Positions 45,714 through 55,345 are shown, counted from the stretch's first letter. The stretch is DNA of 64,000 bases from Chlamydiota bacterium (GCA_027451825.1 DAIDHZ010000001.1:96745-160744), one strand, 5' to 3'. A program made the numbers and translations. Notes: generated by a model not told the origin, from the letters alone.

Positions 45714-46250
45714 ATGACCAAAAAACAATTCCCTCAATCCAAAGTTTATCAACTTCTAGAACCAGGTCCCGTTACATTGGTGACAACCTTCTACAAAAAG
45801 AAAGCAAATGTAATGACCATGTCTTGGCATATGATGATCGATTTTGAGCCTCCCATTTTCGCATGTGTCATCAGCGATCAAAACCACACTTTCAATATCT
45901 TGGCTAAAACCAAAGAATGCGTGGTGAATATTCCGACTGTAGAGTTCGCTCAAAAAGTGGTTCAAGTGGGAAATATCTCTGGAGACACAGTTGATAAATT
46001 CGAAAAATTTCATCTTTTACAAGAACCTGCATCGATCGTGAAAGCTCCTCTACTCACAGAATGTTATGCAAATCTCGAATGTAGAGTCATTGATATGAAA
46101 ATGAAAGCTCAATATAACATCTTCATCTTAGAAGTTCTCAAAGCTTGGATCAGACCCACAAAAAAAAGGCCTCGAATGATTCATCATTGCGGAAATGGTG
46201 TTTTTATAGTCGATGGGAATAAGATCAAAATTCCTTCAAAAAAGAAATGA
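45714..46250 (+). CDS. Flavin reductase-like domain protein (FMN-binding split barrel)
   Basis: PVTLVTT...NVMTMSWHMMIDFEPPIFACVIS...NI pattern of PF01613. Start could also be at 45675. Confidence 0.7.
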   Translation: MTKKQFPQSKVYQLLEPGPVTLVTTFYKKKANVMTMSWHMMIDFEPPIFACVISDQNHTFNILAKTKECVVNIPTVEFAQKVVQVGNISGDTVDKFEKFHLLQEPASIVKAPLLTECYANLECRVIDMKMKAQYNIFILEVLKAWIRPTKKRPRMIHHCGNGVFIVDGNKIKIPSKKK

Positions 46251-46304
46251 TCTTCAACATACCGAAAAATCGACGAACTCTTAGTTACGCAAGAGGCCTA
46301 ATAT

Positions 46305-46628
46305 TTACAGACGTGTTTGACAAGTAATTTTACGATCACCTATCGATATCATTCGATTATTTGTATACTGAACCAACTCAGGCCCAATATAAGTTAATCT
46401 TCCTTGCACATACTCAACAAGATCATCACCAACTTGCATGATATTTTCAAATGCATCATATGTGACTTTTCTCTCTCCAATTGCAATCACTCGTCCTGTA
46501 AACGAACTATAACGAACCCTTTCATCTCCGACAAGCGAAGCATCCCATCGTCCTTGAGCATAACATGTTCGAGGCGAAAGGATACAAAAACAATCTACGG
46601 TAGTCACTCTCAACATTCCAAAATTCAA
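46305..46628 (-). CDS. Hypothetical small protein with internal IGDRK/IGERK repeats
   Basis: 107-aa ORF, no recognisable domain. Low coding confidence. Confidence 0.25.
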   Translation of the reverse strand: MNFGMLRVTTVDCFCILSPRTCYAQGRWDASLVGDERVRYSSFTGRVIAIGERKVTYDAFENIMQVGDDLVEYVQGRLTYIGPELVQYTNNRMISIGDRKITCQTRL

Positions 46629-46740
46629 AAACTTGGAAAAGTTTAAATGAGGGCTGCCATCTTGTCAAAACTTATTTTTCAGATCATTTCAAATCTTTAC
46701 AAAATATGTTATTATCTTTAGCATCGAGATCTTTGAAAAA

Positions 46741-47262
46741 ATGAAGAATAAAGAAAATGCTTACTCGGGGCTTCCCTCCGATCTCATCGACGCACAAAAA
46801 TTAGCCTATATACCCAGCGGGATATCTACTTGTAACTACGTCAAAGAAAAAAAAAGTTCTGAATATGGGGCTTATGATTTTACAGCAAACGATCGCCGCG
46901 TCAAATTTCGAATAGCAAAAATCACGCCTACGAAAATTGGGCAATTTGTGACTCTATGGAAGCGCATTGGGGAAGGCCCCATTCTTCCTTTTGATATGGC
47001 CGATCCTATTGACCTATTTGTAATCAGCGTCCGTGATGGAGCACACTTTGGGCAATTCGTTTTCCCAAAAACGATTTTGTGTGACAAAGGAATTGTATCA
47101 AAAAATGGGCTTGGAGGAAAACGGGCAATGCGGGTCTACCCTCCATGGGATGTAGCCGAAAATCGACAGGCAAAAAATACTCAATCGTGGCAGCTCTTCT
47201 ATTTTTTTGAGATCCCTTACGTTCCTGAACGCGTACAAAAATTATTCTCAAGAGTTACATAG
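46741..47262 (+). CDS. Hypothetical protein (possibly MepB-like)
   Basis: 173 aa. Segment KFRIAKITPTKIGQFVTLWKR is reminiscent of the MepB family. Tentative. Confidence 0.4.
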   Translation: MKNKENAYSGLPSDLIDAQKLAYIPSGISTCNYVKEKKSSEYGAYDFTANDRRVKFRIAKITPTKIGQFVTLWKRIGEGPILPFDMADPIDLFVISVRDGAHFGQFVFPKTILCDKGIVSKNGLGGKRAMRVYPPWDVAENRQAKNTQSWQLFYFFEIPYVPERVQKLFSRVT

Positions 47263-47327
47263 ATTAGCTCGGCTATACCCGTTCCAGTTGAAAGGCTTAG
47301 GAGATTAAATCCCAAGCCTTTTGAGGC

Positions 47328-47510
47328 ATACTGCGCTTAGGTTAGGTTTTGAAGATTTAGACTGGCTGAGACCTTGCCAAATCGATCTTCGTCGTCGCCC
47401 TTCCCAATTTGGAATGATGCTCCTTCTGCAGACCGCGAGCAATGCTCGCCTCGATTTGGCTTTGTCTCGAGAGAGTCCAAATCTTCAAAACCTAACCTAA
47501 GCGCAGTATA
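47328..47510. repeat. Long perfect inverted repeat (about 36 bp arms, about 105 bp spacer containing further nested inverted repeats)
   Basis: atactgcgcttaggttaggttttgaagatttagactg ... cagtctaaatcttcaaaacctaacctaagcgcagtat (second arm read as reverse complement on the same strand). Nested gccaaatcga / tcgatttggc. GC-richer than the flanks, intergenic. Confidence 0.6.
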
Positions 47511-47672
47511 GAAAGATGCTATTTGAAGAACCTCTCCTTGAAAAAGGAGAGTATTCTCCTTCGCTTAAAGAGAAGGAGCTCTACGGCGCTTAAATGTAGA
47601 AGCTTAAGCTAACCCACCTCTGAAGGGATGGGATTGCGCCCGAGCAAGCGTTCAAAGCCCTTCTTCTGACGT

Positions 47673-48773
47673 CTATTTTTTTTGTTCATTGCCCGAAGGT
47701 GGATTCGCAGGTTTGTTAGAAGATGCCTGTTCTTGCAATATTTGCGTAGAGCGTGAATACGCTGATAACGCCTGAGGTAAAAGCGCCGAAACTGGATCCG
47801 TATTTTGCGGGATAATCATCGTATTACTCTGACCCAACATTCCGGTCCAAGTCTTTAGCGACTCACTTGCAAGACGAATCGCTGCCGCTTCCGGATTCTT
47901 TCGAATTGCCTCGCCGATTCTTTCAAGTGCTTTTGCTTCTGCATCCGCCTCTATCAATCGTTTTTGCGCATTTCCTTGAGCTTCATTAATCTTTGCAATT
48001 TTGTCCCCTTCAGAACCAAGTTCTGCCGCTCTTTTCTTCCCCTCGGCCTGGTTAATAGCTGCGGATTTTTCCCCTTCCGCATTGAGAACCGTTTCCCGTC
48101 TTTTCCTTTCAGAGGTGACTTGACGAGTCATTTCTTCTTCAATGTGTTTAGGAACAGTAAACCCTTTGATTTCGTATCCTAAACATTCAAGGCCATATTG
48201 AGTTGTGTGTTGATTCACAACATCAAATACTTTTCGATTGATCTCTTCCCTCTTATTGAGAAGTTCATCGAGTGTTAATTCCCCAACTGCATTGCGCATG
48301 GCAGACTGAGCATAAATGGTCGTCAAGCTAAACGGAGAATCTGCTCCATAGGCAGCTTTTTTTGCATCGGTCACTCGAACGATAACGTCTCCTCCAAGCT
48401 GAACTTTAATATTATCTTTTGTAAAAGCTTCTTGAGGCGCTATAGAAAAAGAAACCCTCTTCTCGGGGAAACAATAACGAATGTTATCAACAACAGGAAT
48501 CAAGAAATGAAGACCCGGAGAGAGAACTTTATGAAATTTCCCAAGTCTTTCCACCAAAGCAACTTTTCCTTGAGGGATCACCTTAAATCCAAGGTGATGT
48601 AAATTATTTTGATCTAAAGATAAAGGACTTGATTCTCGAATTTCTGTTGACGTACGACTGGAAGAAAAATGGCGCTGAATCAGTCCTACCGGGATGGTTG
48701 CAGCAAGAAGACGGCTTGCTTGAGGACTTAATCGACGGACCAATCCAGATGAACACCCACTGACAAGATGCAT
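47673..48773 (-). CDS. SPFH/band-7 (stomatin-like) protein with Arg/Ser-rich, acid-free N-terminal extension and C-terminal coiled coil
   Basis: SPFH core (KVALVERLGKFHKVLSPGLHFLIPVVDNIRY...) and strong similarity to the stomatin-like protein 2 / QmcA family. ATG at 48773 (the ORF-track start is a TTG). The N-terminal approx 55 aa have no TM and no acidic residue until about residue 41. Confidence 0.75.
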   Translation of the reverse strand: MHLVSGCSSGLVRRLSPQASRLLAATIPVGLIQRHFSSSRTSTEIRESSPLSLDQNNLHHLGFKVIPQGKVALVERLGKFHKVLSPGLHFLIPVVDNIRYCFPEKRVSFSIAPQEAFTKDNIKVQLGGDVIVRVTDAKKAAYGADSPFSLTTIYAQSAMRNAVGELTLDELLNKREEINRKVFDVVNQHTTQYGLECLGYEIKGFTVPKHIEEEMTRQVTSERKRRETVLNAEGEKSAAINQAEGKKRAAELGSEGDKIAKINEAQGNAQKRLIEADAEAKALERIGEAIRKNPEAAAIRLASESLKTWTGMLGQSNTMIIPQNTDPVSALLPQALSAYSRSTQILQEQASSNKPANPPSGNEQKK

Positions 48774-48857
48774 AAACAACTCCTTAAATCTTTCAAAGAG
48801 CTAGCAGTATACTTATTGCTCTAATAGTACTCCAAAGATTTTTTGAAGGTGGAGAGG

Positions 48858-49068
48858 TATACCGAAAAAAATTCAAGAATCGGTTTTGGGCGGTGTCGGC
48901 TTTATCTCAAAATTCGGATCCTCACTCGTGCCTTGCCCATTGGGCAATGGTCACTCGCTCCGAATGCAAATTTTGAGAAGCCTCCTTGCCCAATGGCGAG
49001 AAACTCGCATTACGGGCGAAGCAATGCTTCGTCCTCCATTTCCCGATTCTTGAATCATTTTCGGTATA
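48858..49068 (+). mobile_element. MITE copy 4 (211 bp, longest copy)
   Basis: Same TIRs as 22164..22328 plus an extra about 47-bp internal segment that is also present (inverted) in copy 2. Confidence 0.8.
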
Positions 49069-49138
49069 TCTCAGAACTTTTAGTTTAAAAAATTAAAAAA
49101 CTCACTTATTATTTCGCCAAGTAGGTATATCCAAAGGA

Positions 49139-49498
49139 ATGAATATGAAAAACATACCAAATTGCACGCGATGCGGCTCTGAGTTTACTTACGAAGATAG
49201 GGATTTATATATTTGCCCTGAATGTGGTTATGAATGGAAAGAAAATAAAGAACCAGAGACAACAACGCCTACTGAAACAATCATCAAAGATGCTTTTGGA
49301 AATATACTAAAAGACGGCGATAACGTAACAATCATTAAAGATATTAAAGTCAAAGGCTCTTCTTCAGCCATCAAAGTCGGTGTTAAAATCAAAGGGATTC
49401 GTTTAATTGAAGAAGTCAACGGGCACAATATTGAAGCTAAAGTACCAGGCTTTGGTTCGATGCTTTTAAAATCTGAAGTCGTAAAAAAAGCGAACTAA
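49139..49498 (+). CDS. PhnA/YjdC-family zinc-ribbon protein
   Basis: N-terminal CTRCGSEFTYEDRDLYICPECGYEW zinc ribbon plus a C-terminal beta domain. 119 aa. Confidence 0.7.
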   Translation: MNMKNIPNCTRCGSEFTYEDRDLYICPECGYEWKENKEPETTTPTETIIKDAFGNILKDGDNVTIIKDIKVKGSSSAIKVGVKIKGIRLIEEVNGHNIEAKVPGFGSMLLKSEVVKKAN

Positions 49499-49577
49499 AA
49501 ATTTCAATAAATTTATATAACTCTTGATTTATAAGAACATATATTATAAAATTTCTATTATTAATAGATAAAATATA

Positions 49578-50159
49578 GTGTCCATGAAAGACTTAAGCGA
49601 GAACGTAGATATCTCTAAATTACTCATTACCTTCCCTGAAAGCAGTGAAGATCATAGGCTACAATTAGTGGGAATGAATGGCGCTATTTTTGCCATCGTC
49701 CATTCCCCTTTGGAGTCGCTCGGACCGATCCGCCTGCATTGCGAAGAATGGAGTCTCATTCTTTTAGCGCCGATCAAGAGCAAATCAAACATTCTCATTT
49801 CTGGAATAAATGTCATTTGTCTTAGCGAAATTGCCTCAGACGAAGGGCATGTGAACATACACGCATCAAATCAACTGGTGAAATTCGCAAATTTATTTAA
49901 ACCTCCCAAGAAAGTCAATGAAATGGGTGAACGAGGCGAATTTCAATTTGATAATGATCCAGGAGCTTTGTTATATTATCATCGATTATTCAAGAGTATT
50001 ATCGATGATGTACGCAATGGAAGCTCTACTTTACTTTCAGCACAACAACAATTTTTCGCAGGCCTTTGTACACTCGCTGATAACATGAAAGGGAAAACAA
50101 AAAATCTAGATCTTCAAAAAGTCCTTGATATTTGGAATATTCCTCATTGTTTGAGTTGA
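49578..50159 (+). CDS. Hypothetical protein (193 aa)
   Basis: ORF with normal codon usage. No domain recognised. Confidence 0.35.
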   Translation: MSMKDLSENVDISKLLITFPESSEDHRLQLVGMNGAIFAIVHSPLESLGPIRLHCEEWSLILLAPIKSKSNILISGINVICLSEIASDEGHVNIHASNQLVKFANLFKPPKKVNEMGERGEFQFDNDPGALLYYHRLFKSIIDDVRNGSSTLLSAQQQFFAGLCTLADNMKGKTKNLDLQKVLDIWNIPHCLS

Positions 50160-50171
50160 AAGATTTTCAGT

Positions 50172-51965
50172 TTAATTGGTTTTTTGGGTTCGTTTTTTTT
50201 CTAGTTCTTCCCAACGAAGGTAGAGCTGTTCCATTTGCGTTTCAGCAAGACCAATCGCTGTGCAGATTTCAGAGAGACGCACTGAGTTTTCAGCGATTTC
50301 TTTATCTTCAAGAAGATGGTTGAGCGAGCGCACTTCTTCTTCGAATTTTGTGATTTTTCGCTCGATTCCATCCAATTCCTTTTTTTCCTCGTACGAAAGA
50401 TCTCTCTTTGGGCGCTTTGGAGTTGGGGGCGTTTCTTTTTTCTCTTGTGGATGAAGCCATTTTTTAGAGGCGGCTTCCCATTGGACGTAATCGGGAAAAA
50501 TCTCAGTATTTTCCGGATCTCCTAATCCTAAGATGGAGTTGCAGATCCGATCGAGCATGCACCGGTCATGCGTAATCAAAACAAGAGCCCCTGGAAATTC
50601 GAGAAGACTTTCTTCGAGAGTTTCTAAGGTCGGAATATCAAGATCGTTCGTTGGCTCATCGAGAAGGAGAACGTCAGCTGGTTGAAGCATAAGGTGAGCA
50701 ATTGAAACACGCGCTCGCTCGCCTCCCGAAAGACTTCCGATGGGAAGAGGGAGAAGGTCAGGAGAAAACAGAAAGCGTTTGCACCATCCATTGACATGGA
50801 TTGGATTCCCTTGAAATACGACGTAATCTCCCTTGGGTGAAAGGGCATCTTTAAGGGAAAGATTTGAAGGCAGAAGAGATCGATGCTGGTCAAAATAGAC
50901 AACTTGAAGTCCATCGGCTCTCTTGATCGTGCCGCTATCTGCTTTTATTTCATCGGCTAGAATCCGAAGAAGAGTCGTTTTCCCGGAGCCGTTAGGGCCC
51001 ATAAGACCCATTCGAGTGCCAGGAGATAGCGTAAAGTCGAGATTGCGAAAAAGAGGTCTTTCCCCAAGCTGTTTTGCAAGATTTTTTGCAACGACAAGCT
51101 TTCTTGTCTCTCTTTCTGTTCCGGCGAAATGAATCTTTGCCCGTTTTTGCTGGTTTCGAGCTTGGATATCGGCATAATCTTGTAAAATCTGTTCTGCTTC
51201 ATCGATTCTAGATTGCGATTTAGTCGTTCGAGCTTTCACTCCTGCACGGAGCCACTGTGTTTCACGGCGGGCTTTGGTTGCAATTCGCCTCTCTTGTTGA
51301 AGTTGTCCCTTCAGAAATTCCTCTTTTCGAGCCAGAAATTCTCCGTAAGGCCCATCGATTGCAAAAAGTCCTTTTGGATAAGCTCGATCAATTTCAATAA
51401 CGCGGCTTGTCACATGCTGTAAAAAATAACGGTCGTGACTCACAACCAAATAAGTGGGAGATTCTTGCGCCAAAAACTTTTCAAGCCAGAGGATTCCTTC
51501 CAAATCGAGGTGATTTGTCGGCTCATCAAGAAGAAGAAGATCCGGTGAGACAATCAACTGAGCAGCAAGGCGAAGCCGTTTTTTCCACCCACCTGAGAGC
51601 AAGGCTGCGGAAGTTTCTTTTCCCGTAAAACCTAACTTGCTGAGTTGAATCTCAGCGAGTCGTTCGCGCTCATAAAGAGGAATTTCTTTTTTCAGAGCAT
51701 CCATCAAAATCTGTTTTGGACTTAAATCGGGAAACTCGCAGTTTTGAGGAACGTATCCAACAGCTAAATTGCGTTTAGGAGAGAGAATTCCAGAATCAGG
51801 AACTTCGAGCCCCGCCAGAATCTTCAACAAAGTTGATTTTCCACAACCGTTTAATCCAATCAAGCCAATCCGATCTCCTGAAAAAATGCTAAGAGATAAA
51901 GCTTCAAAAAGAGCGCGCCCTCCATAAGATTTAGAAACAGACTGACAGATAAAAAGTAAATTCAT
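50172..51965 (-). CDS. ABC-F family ATPase (Uup/YheS-like; two ABC domains, no TM, C-terminal coiled coil)
   Basis: Two Walker A motifs (GLNGCGKST, GPNGSGKTT), two LSGG signatures, a Q/E-rich inter-domain linker, and a C-terminal coiled coil. Start at Met-10 of the ORF (MNLLFICQSVSKSYG). Confidence 0.8.
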   Translation of the reverse strand: MNLLFICQSVSKSYGGRALFEALSLSIFSGDRIGLIGLNGCGKSTLLKILAGLEVPDSGILSPKRNLAVGYVPQNCEFPDLSPKQILMDALKKEIPLYERERLAEIQLSKLGFTGKETSAALLSGGWKKRLRLAAQLIVSPDLLLLDEPTNHLDLEGILWLEKFLAQESPTYLVVSHDRYFLQHVTSRVIEIDRAYPKGLFAIDGPYGEFLARKEEFLKGQLQQERRIATKARRETQWLRAGVKARTTKSQSRIDEAEQILQDYADIQARNQQKRAKIHFAGTERETRKLVVAKNLAKQLGERPLFRNLDFTLSPGTRMGLMGPNGSGKTTLLRILADEIKADSGTIKRADGLQVVYFDQHRSLLPSNLSLKDALSPKGDYVVFQGNPIHVNGWCKRFLFSPDLLPLPIGSLSGGERARVSIAHLMLQPADVLLLDEPTNDLDIPTLETLEESLLEFPGALVLITHDRCMLDRICNSILGLGDPENTEIFPDYVQWEAASKKWLHPQEKKETPPTPKRPKRDLSYEEKKELDGIERKITKFEEEVRSLNHLLEDKEIAENSVRLSEICTAIGLAETQMEQLYLRWEELEKKRTQKTN

Positions 51966-52080
51966 ACGACGATTTTGCCAGAAAAACGGCATCCTGGAAA
52001 GTACGAAAAAAGGGATTTATGCAAACTTACCGCGGAAGTCAGGAGAGACACGTTTCAGAATTTTTTCACGGCGACTGATT

Positions 52081-53238
52081 TTATTTTCCATCAAGGTGAG
52101 GTAGAAATCCCTTGTCTCCCAATACCTTCATAATACCTCGGAGCAAGTAGTTGTCGCCGAAACTGAGACAATAGTCCTTGAAGCCGATGCGCTGAAGCAT
52201 TTTTTTATCCACAAGCCTCTTGATTTGTCGAGATAGTTCTGCACCGTGCTTTCCCTGAAAGATTTCCTTCAAGTCACTCGATTGGATCATTTTTTTCTCG
52301 ATGGCCATTCTCAATATTTTTGCTTCGACGTCTGTGATATATTTTCTTTCAAGAGAGTGGTTGATTGTGGGTACCAAAATTTCCTTGGCTAGATAGTCAT
52401 AGTCGAGAAGCTTGTCGATTTTCTCAATCTCCTCTTTTAGACCGCGGAGCACGTATTCGCACCAAGCCAGAATACCCGATTTTTCTCCAGTATCAGCTTG
52501 CTCGAGGTACTTGTAGTAATTGTTTCGGTGATTACAGAAAACGGCTGTAGGGTTGATGATTCTCCCTACATTTACATTGAAGCCGAGCTTAATCAACATT
52601 GCGTAAGTGAATAAACGTACTATTCGTCCGTTGCCGTTGCCAAATGGATGTATCCATACGAATCGATGGTGAGCAATCGCTGTCTTTAACAGATCGAATT
52701 TTGGGCCGCTGTCCTGATTGATGAAGTCAAATAATTCATTCATGTATTCATCGACGAGTACCCATTCTGGCGGTAGATGCTTGGATTTTATGATTTGTAA
52801 ATTTGACTTCCTATATTGACCTGGAGTTTTATCCCCCTCTCCTTTTGGCGAAGTGGGTAACCCTTCGACAACCATCCTATGAATTTCACTGACAAAAGCT
52901 CGATTGATCGGATGCTTTTTTACGTTGTTTTCAATAAAATCCATGGCACTTTCGATATTTTGGATCTCTTTAACTCCCATAGGCACGTCAACCTTCTCTT
53001 CTAGTTTGGTCTCTATATACTCAAGAAGAGAAGTGTTATTTCCTTCGATGCGCGCCGAGCCGATACTTTCCAGCATATGGAAAATGCTCTTGAGGTTGAA
53101 AAAAATCTGGGAAGGAGTCGTTCCATCTAAACGTTTTTTCCGAAGATGATTCAAATCGATAATAAGATCCGTTAGAGGAGAGTCAAACGCGGGCTCTACC
53201 AGGGTTAGATCATAGTGTTTAAATTCGGCCTTTGTCAT
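52081..53238 (-). CDS. Fic/DOC family protein with C-terminal winged-helix-like region
   Basis: Fic core HPFGNGNGRIVR (HxFx[D/E]GNGRxxR consensus but with Asn at the acidic position). 385 aa. Confidence 0.7.
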   Translation of the reverse strand: MTKAEFKHYDLTLVEPAFDSPLTDLIIDLNHLRKKRLDGTTPSQIFFNLKSIFHMLESIGSARIEGNNTSLLEYIETKLEEKVDVPMGVKEIQNIESAMDFIENNVKKHPINRAFVSEIHRMVVEGLPTSPKGEGDKTPGQYRKSNLQIIKSKHLPPEWVLVDEYMNELFDFINQDSGPKFDLLKTAIAHHRFVWIHPFGNGNGRIVRLFTYAMLIKLGFNVNVGRIINPTAVFCNHRNNYYKYLEQADTGEKSGILAWCEYVLRGLKEEIEKIDKLLDYDYLAKEILVPTINHSLERKYITDVEAKILRMAIEKKMIQSSDLKEIFQGKHGAELSRQIKRLVDKKMLQRIGFKDYCLSFGDNYLLRGIMKVLGDKGFLPHLDGK

Positions 53239-53415
53239 TTAACACCCCTTTCTTTAGATCTTTAACATCCGCAGCTTCAAAAGTTTAACATAGAATATTG
53301 CAAGTGCCTGGAAAACAGCTAAATACGATGATATACAAGGAGAGGAATTTTAACAACGCGCTTTTGAAGATTTAGCATCTCCCTCTGAAATCCTTGCGGC
53401 AGGGCATGGTAAAAC

Positions 53416-53616
53416 ATTCTTGTAATGCGTAAAAAGTGCGTAATTTGTCCATGACAGTATCAATTTAGCGTTGAATATCAGAGAGAGATGTGACTATAAG
53501 GCAATGAGACATATAACGGGGACGGCTAGAATTCTATTTTCTATAGACAAATCTGAGAGAAATCTACATCAAATTACGCAAATTTTACGCACTAGACGAG
53601 ACGAAACTGGCGTAAT
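53416..53616. repeat. Solo about 200-bp unit bounded by about 25-bp inverted repeats of the GCGTAA-tandem family (gtaatgcgtaaaaagtgcgtaatttg ... caaattacgcaaattttacgcactag)
   Basis: The left arm (53422..53447) and right arm (53570..53595) are imperfect reverse complements. The same two arm types bound the 58008..60545 cassette (85-90% identity over about 40 bp). Confidence 0.65.
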
Positions 53617-53680
53617 ATTTTGTTTTTTTCATGCCCTCATGATACGATGTTTGAGATGTTCTTGAATAGCAGAGGATTGC

Positions 53681-54385
53681 ATGTTGAAAGTGATTTCGAT
53701 GGGAACTAGATGGCTGTCATTAATCCTTTTAGTACTCTCTGGTTGTCGGGGTCAAAACGAGGGCTTGCTTGACGATCTCTCTGCCTTGAAAAAGGAATTT
53801 ATTGCTGAAGTTCTGCAAGGCTCAATTGAAGAATGTCCTTTTGATTTGTCTTATCATTTTCGAACGGTTTTTTATTCAAAGCAACTTGTCAGTTTATTTG
53901 GGGAATTTCATTCATATACTCATTTGCCTCATGGTTGGACGAAGTATGAGGGGCGCACTTTTTATAAAAATAACGGAAGATTTGAGCCGCTTCTCCTAAG
54001 TCATTTAATTGCAACGAAAGAAAATTGGGAATTTATCCGCAAATATTGCGAAACTCTTTTAAAGAGCGACCCATGTACTTATTTCTCGGGAGAAGAGCCT
54101 CTTCGAACTACTCTTGCATTAGAGGACCTCAATACCTTTACACTTGATGATCAGGCATTGATCTTTGTCTTCCAACCTTATACCGTTGCTGGGGGAACAG
54201 ATGGTCCTCCTATTGTGAGAATTCCTTGGGAGGAGTTGCGTGGAGTTATATCGGCATCTCATCCTCTGTGTGCCATATTGAATGAAACCATTCACTCAAA
54301 ATGCTTCATTGCATCATGGGATGAGAATTCATTAGAGCGTTCATTAAAAGAGTATGATCGTTTTCAAGAACAGTTGAAAAATTAA
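53681..54385 (+). CDS. Hypothetical lipoprotein
   Basis: Signal plus lipobox (LSLILLVLSGC). 234 aa, no domain recognised. Confidence 0.45.
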   Translation: MLKVISMGTRWLSLILLVLSGCRGQNEGLLDDLSALKKEFIAEVLQGSIEECPFDLSYHFRTVFYSKQLVSLFGEFHSYTHLPHGWTKYEGRTFYKNNGRFEPLLLSHLIATKENWEFIRKYCETLLKSDPCTYFSGEEPLRTTLALEDLNTFTLDDQALIFVFQPYTVAGGTDGPPIVRIPWEELRGVISASHPLCAILNETIHSKCFIASWDENSLERSLKEYDRFQEQLKN

Positions 54386-55086
54386 CAAACCAAATCCCGG
54401 AACCTTTTCCCTTTGTATTCGGGGCGCAGATAGAGGTTGCCATTAGAAGAATGGACCAAAATTGCATGAATACGCCGTTCGTTTGCCAGTGCTACTGCTT
54501 CTTCTTTCGAGATCCATGCATCAGATCCATTTTTGTGAATGCAGTATTCTTGGATAACACCTCGTTTTACGTGAACTCCGGTGATATACCATACGTCGAT
54601 GAAGTCTTCTCTTCCAGCTACCCATTTTTCGATTTTTTCGATGGCCTTCCAATATTTTTCAAATTCAACAGGACTTAATGAATTGATTTTTCTCATTCGA
54701 TCAAATCCAGTTTCTTCTACGATCGAGTCAATGTGTTTGGGATTATCGGGCGTATAATCAATCGAAGCCTGTTTAAGTGTTTTTGCTCCCCATTTTTTGC
54801 CTGACAGCATATCAACCAACGCTTGATGACCGGTTTTGTAATCGGGATATGTTGCAAAGCCGCCTGCTTTCCCGATTGCTTTGGATGAGCGTTCTTTTCC
54901 CATCGTGTAAAGATTAGCAACTAAATTGCCTGGGTTATTGTTTCTCCAGGCCCATGTTCCGCCGCTTCTGATGATCATATTTCCTTGTTCATCGAAATAT
55001 TGGACGGTTGGTTTGCTTTCGCCAATGTTTGCTGGACCTTCCTGAGCTCGTATGTAAACCATCGTGATTTCCTTTAATCTGATCAA
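54382..55086 (-). CDS. Hypothetical protein (234 aa)
   Basis: ORF only. No domain recognised. Confidence 0.35.
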   Translation of the reverse strand: MIRLKEITMVYIRAQEGPANIGESKPTVQYFDEQGNMIIRSGGTWAWRNNNPGNLVANLYTMGKERSSKAIGKAGGFATYPDYKTGHQALVDMLSGKKWGAKTLKQASIDYTPDNPKHIDSIVEETGFDRMRKINSLSPVEFEKYWKAIEKIEKWVAGREDFIDVWYITGVHVKRGVIQEYCIHKNGSDAWISKEEAVALANERRIHAILVHSSNGNLYLRPEYKGKRFRDLVC

Positions 55087-55345
55087 TTATCGACTTTATA
55101 CAAACAAGAAGCAATTTGTTTGATTTAGGTTTTCAATTGTTCGTGTTAATCAAATAATTTAATTGCAGATAGCTGATGTTTATACATGTTATTTCATGGA
55201 TTTGTAGCGGAGGTAAAGCAAGTACGTGATAGTCGCAGAAAAACGAACGATTTTTGATGTATCCATTTGATAAATAGCATGTTGTGATGATCATACATTC
55301 ACAAAAAGATGCTATTTTTGTGAAAAATAGAGGCTGTAGTAACCA

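Noticed and set aside
47673-48779. Lipoprotein signal (LVSGC) at the N-terminus of the SPFH protein
   Set aside because: The putative h-region before the Cys is only about 5 residues and there is no positively charged n-region, so a lipobox is unlikely.
53440-53600. Possible operator or regulator binding sites (TACGCA-N-TTACGCA) for the neighbouring PadR
   Set aside because: The same arms occur between convergent gene ends (58008..58046) and as a cargo-flanking pair, which fits mobile-element TIRs better than promoter operators. A regulatory role is not excluded.
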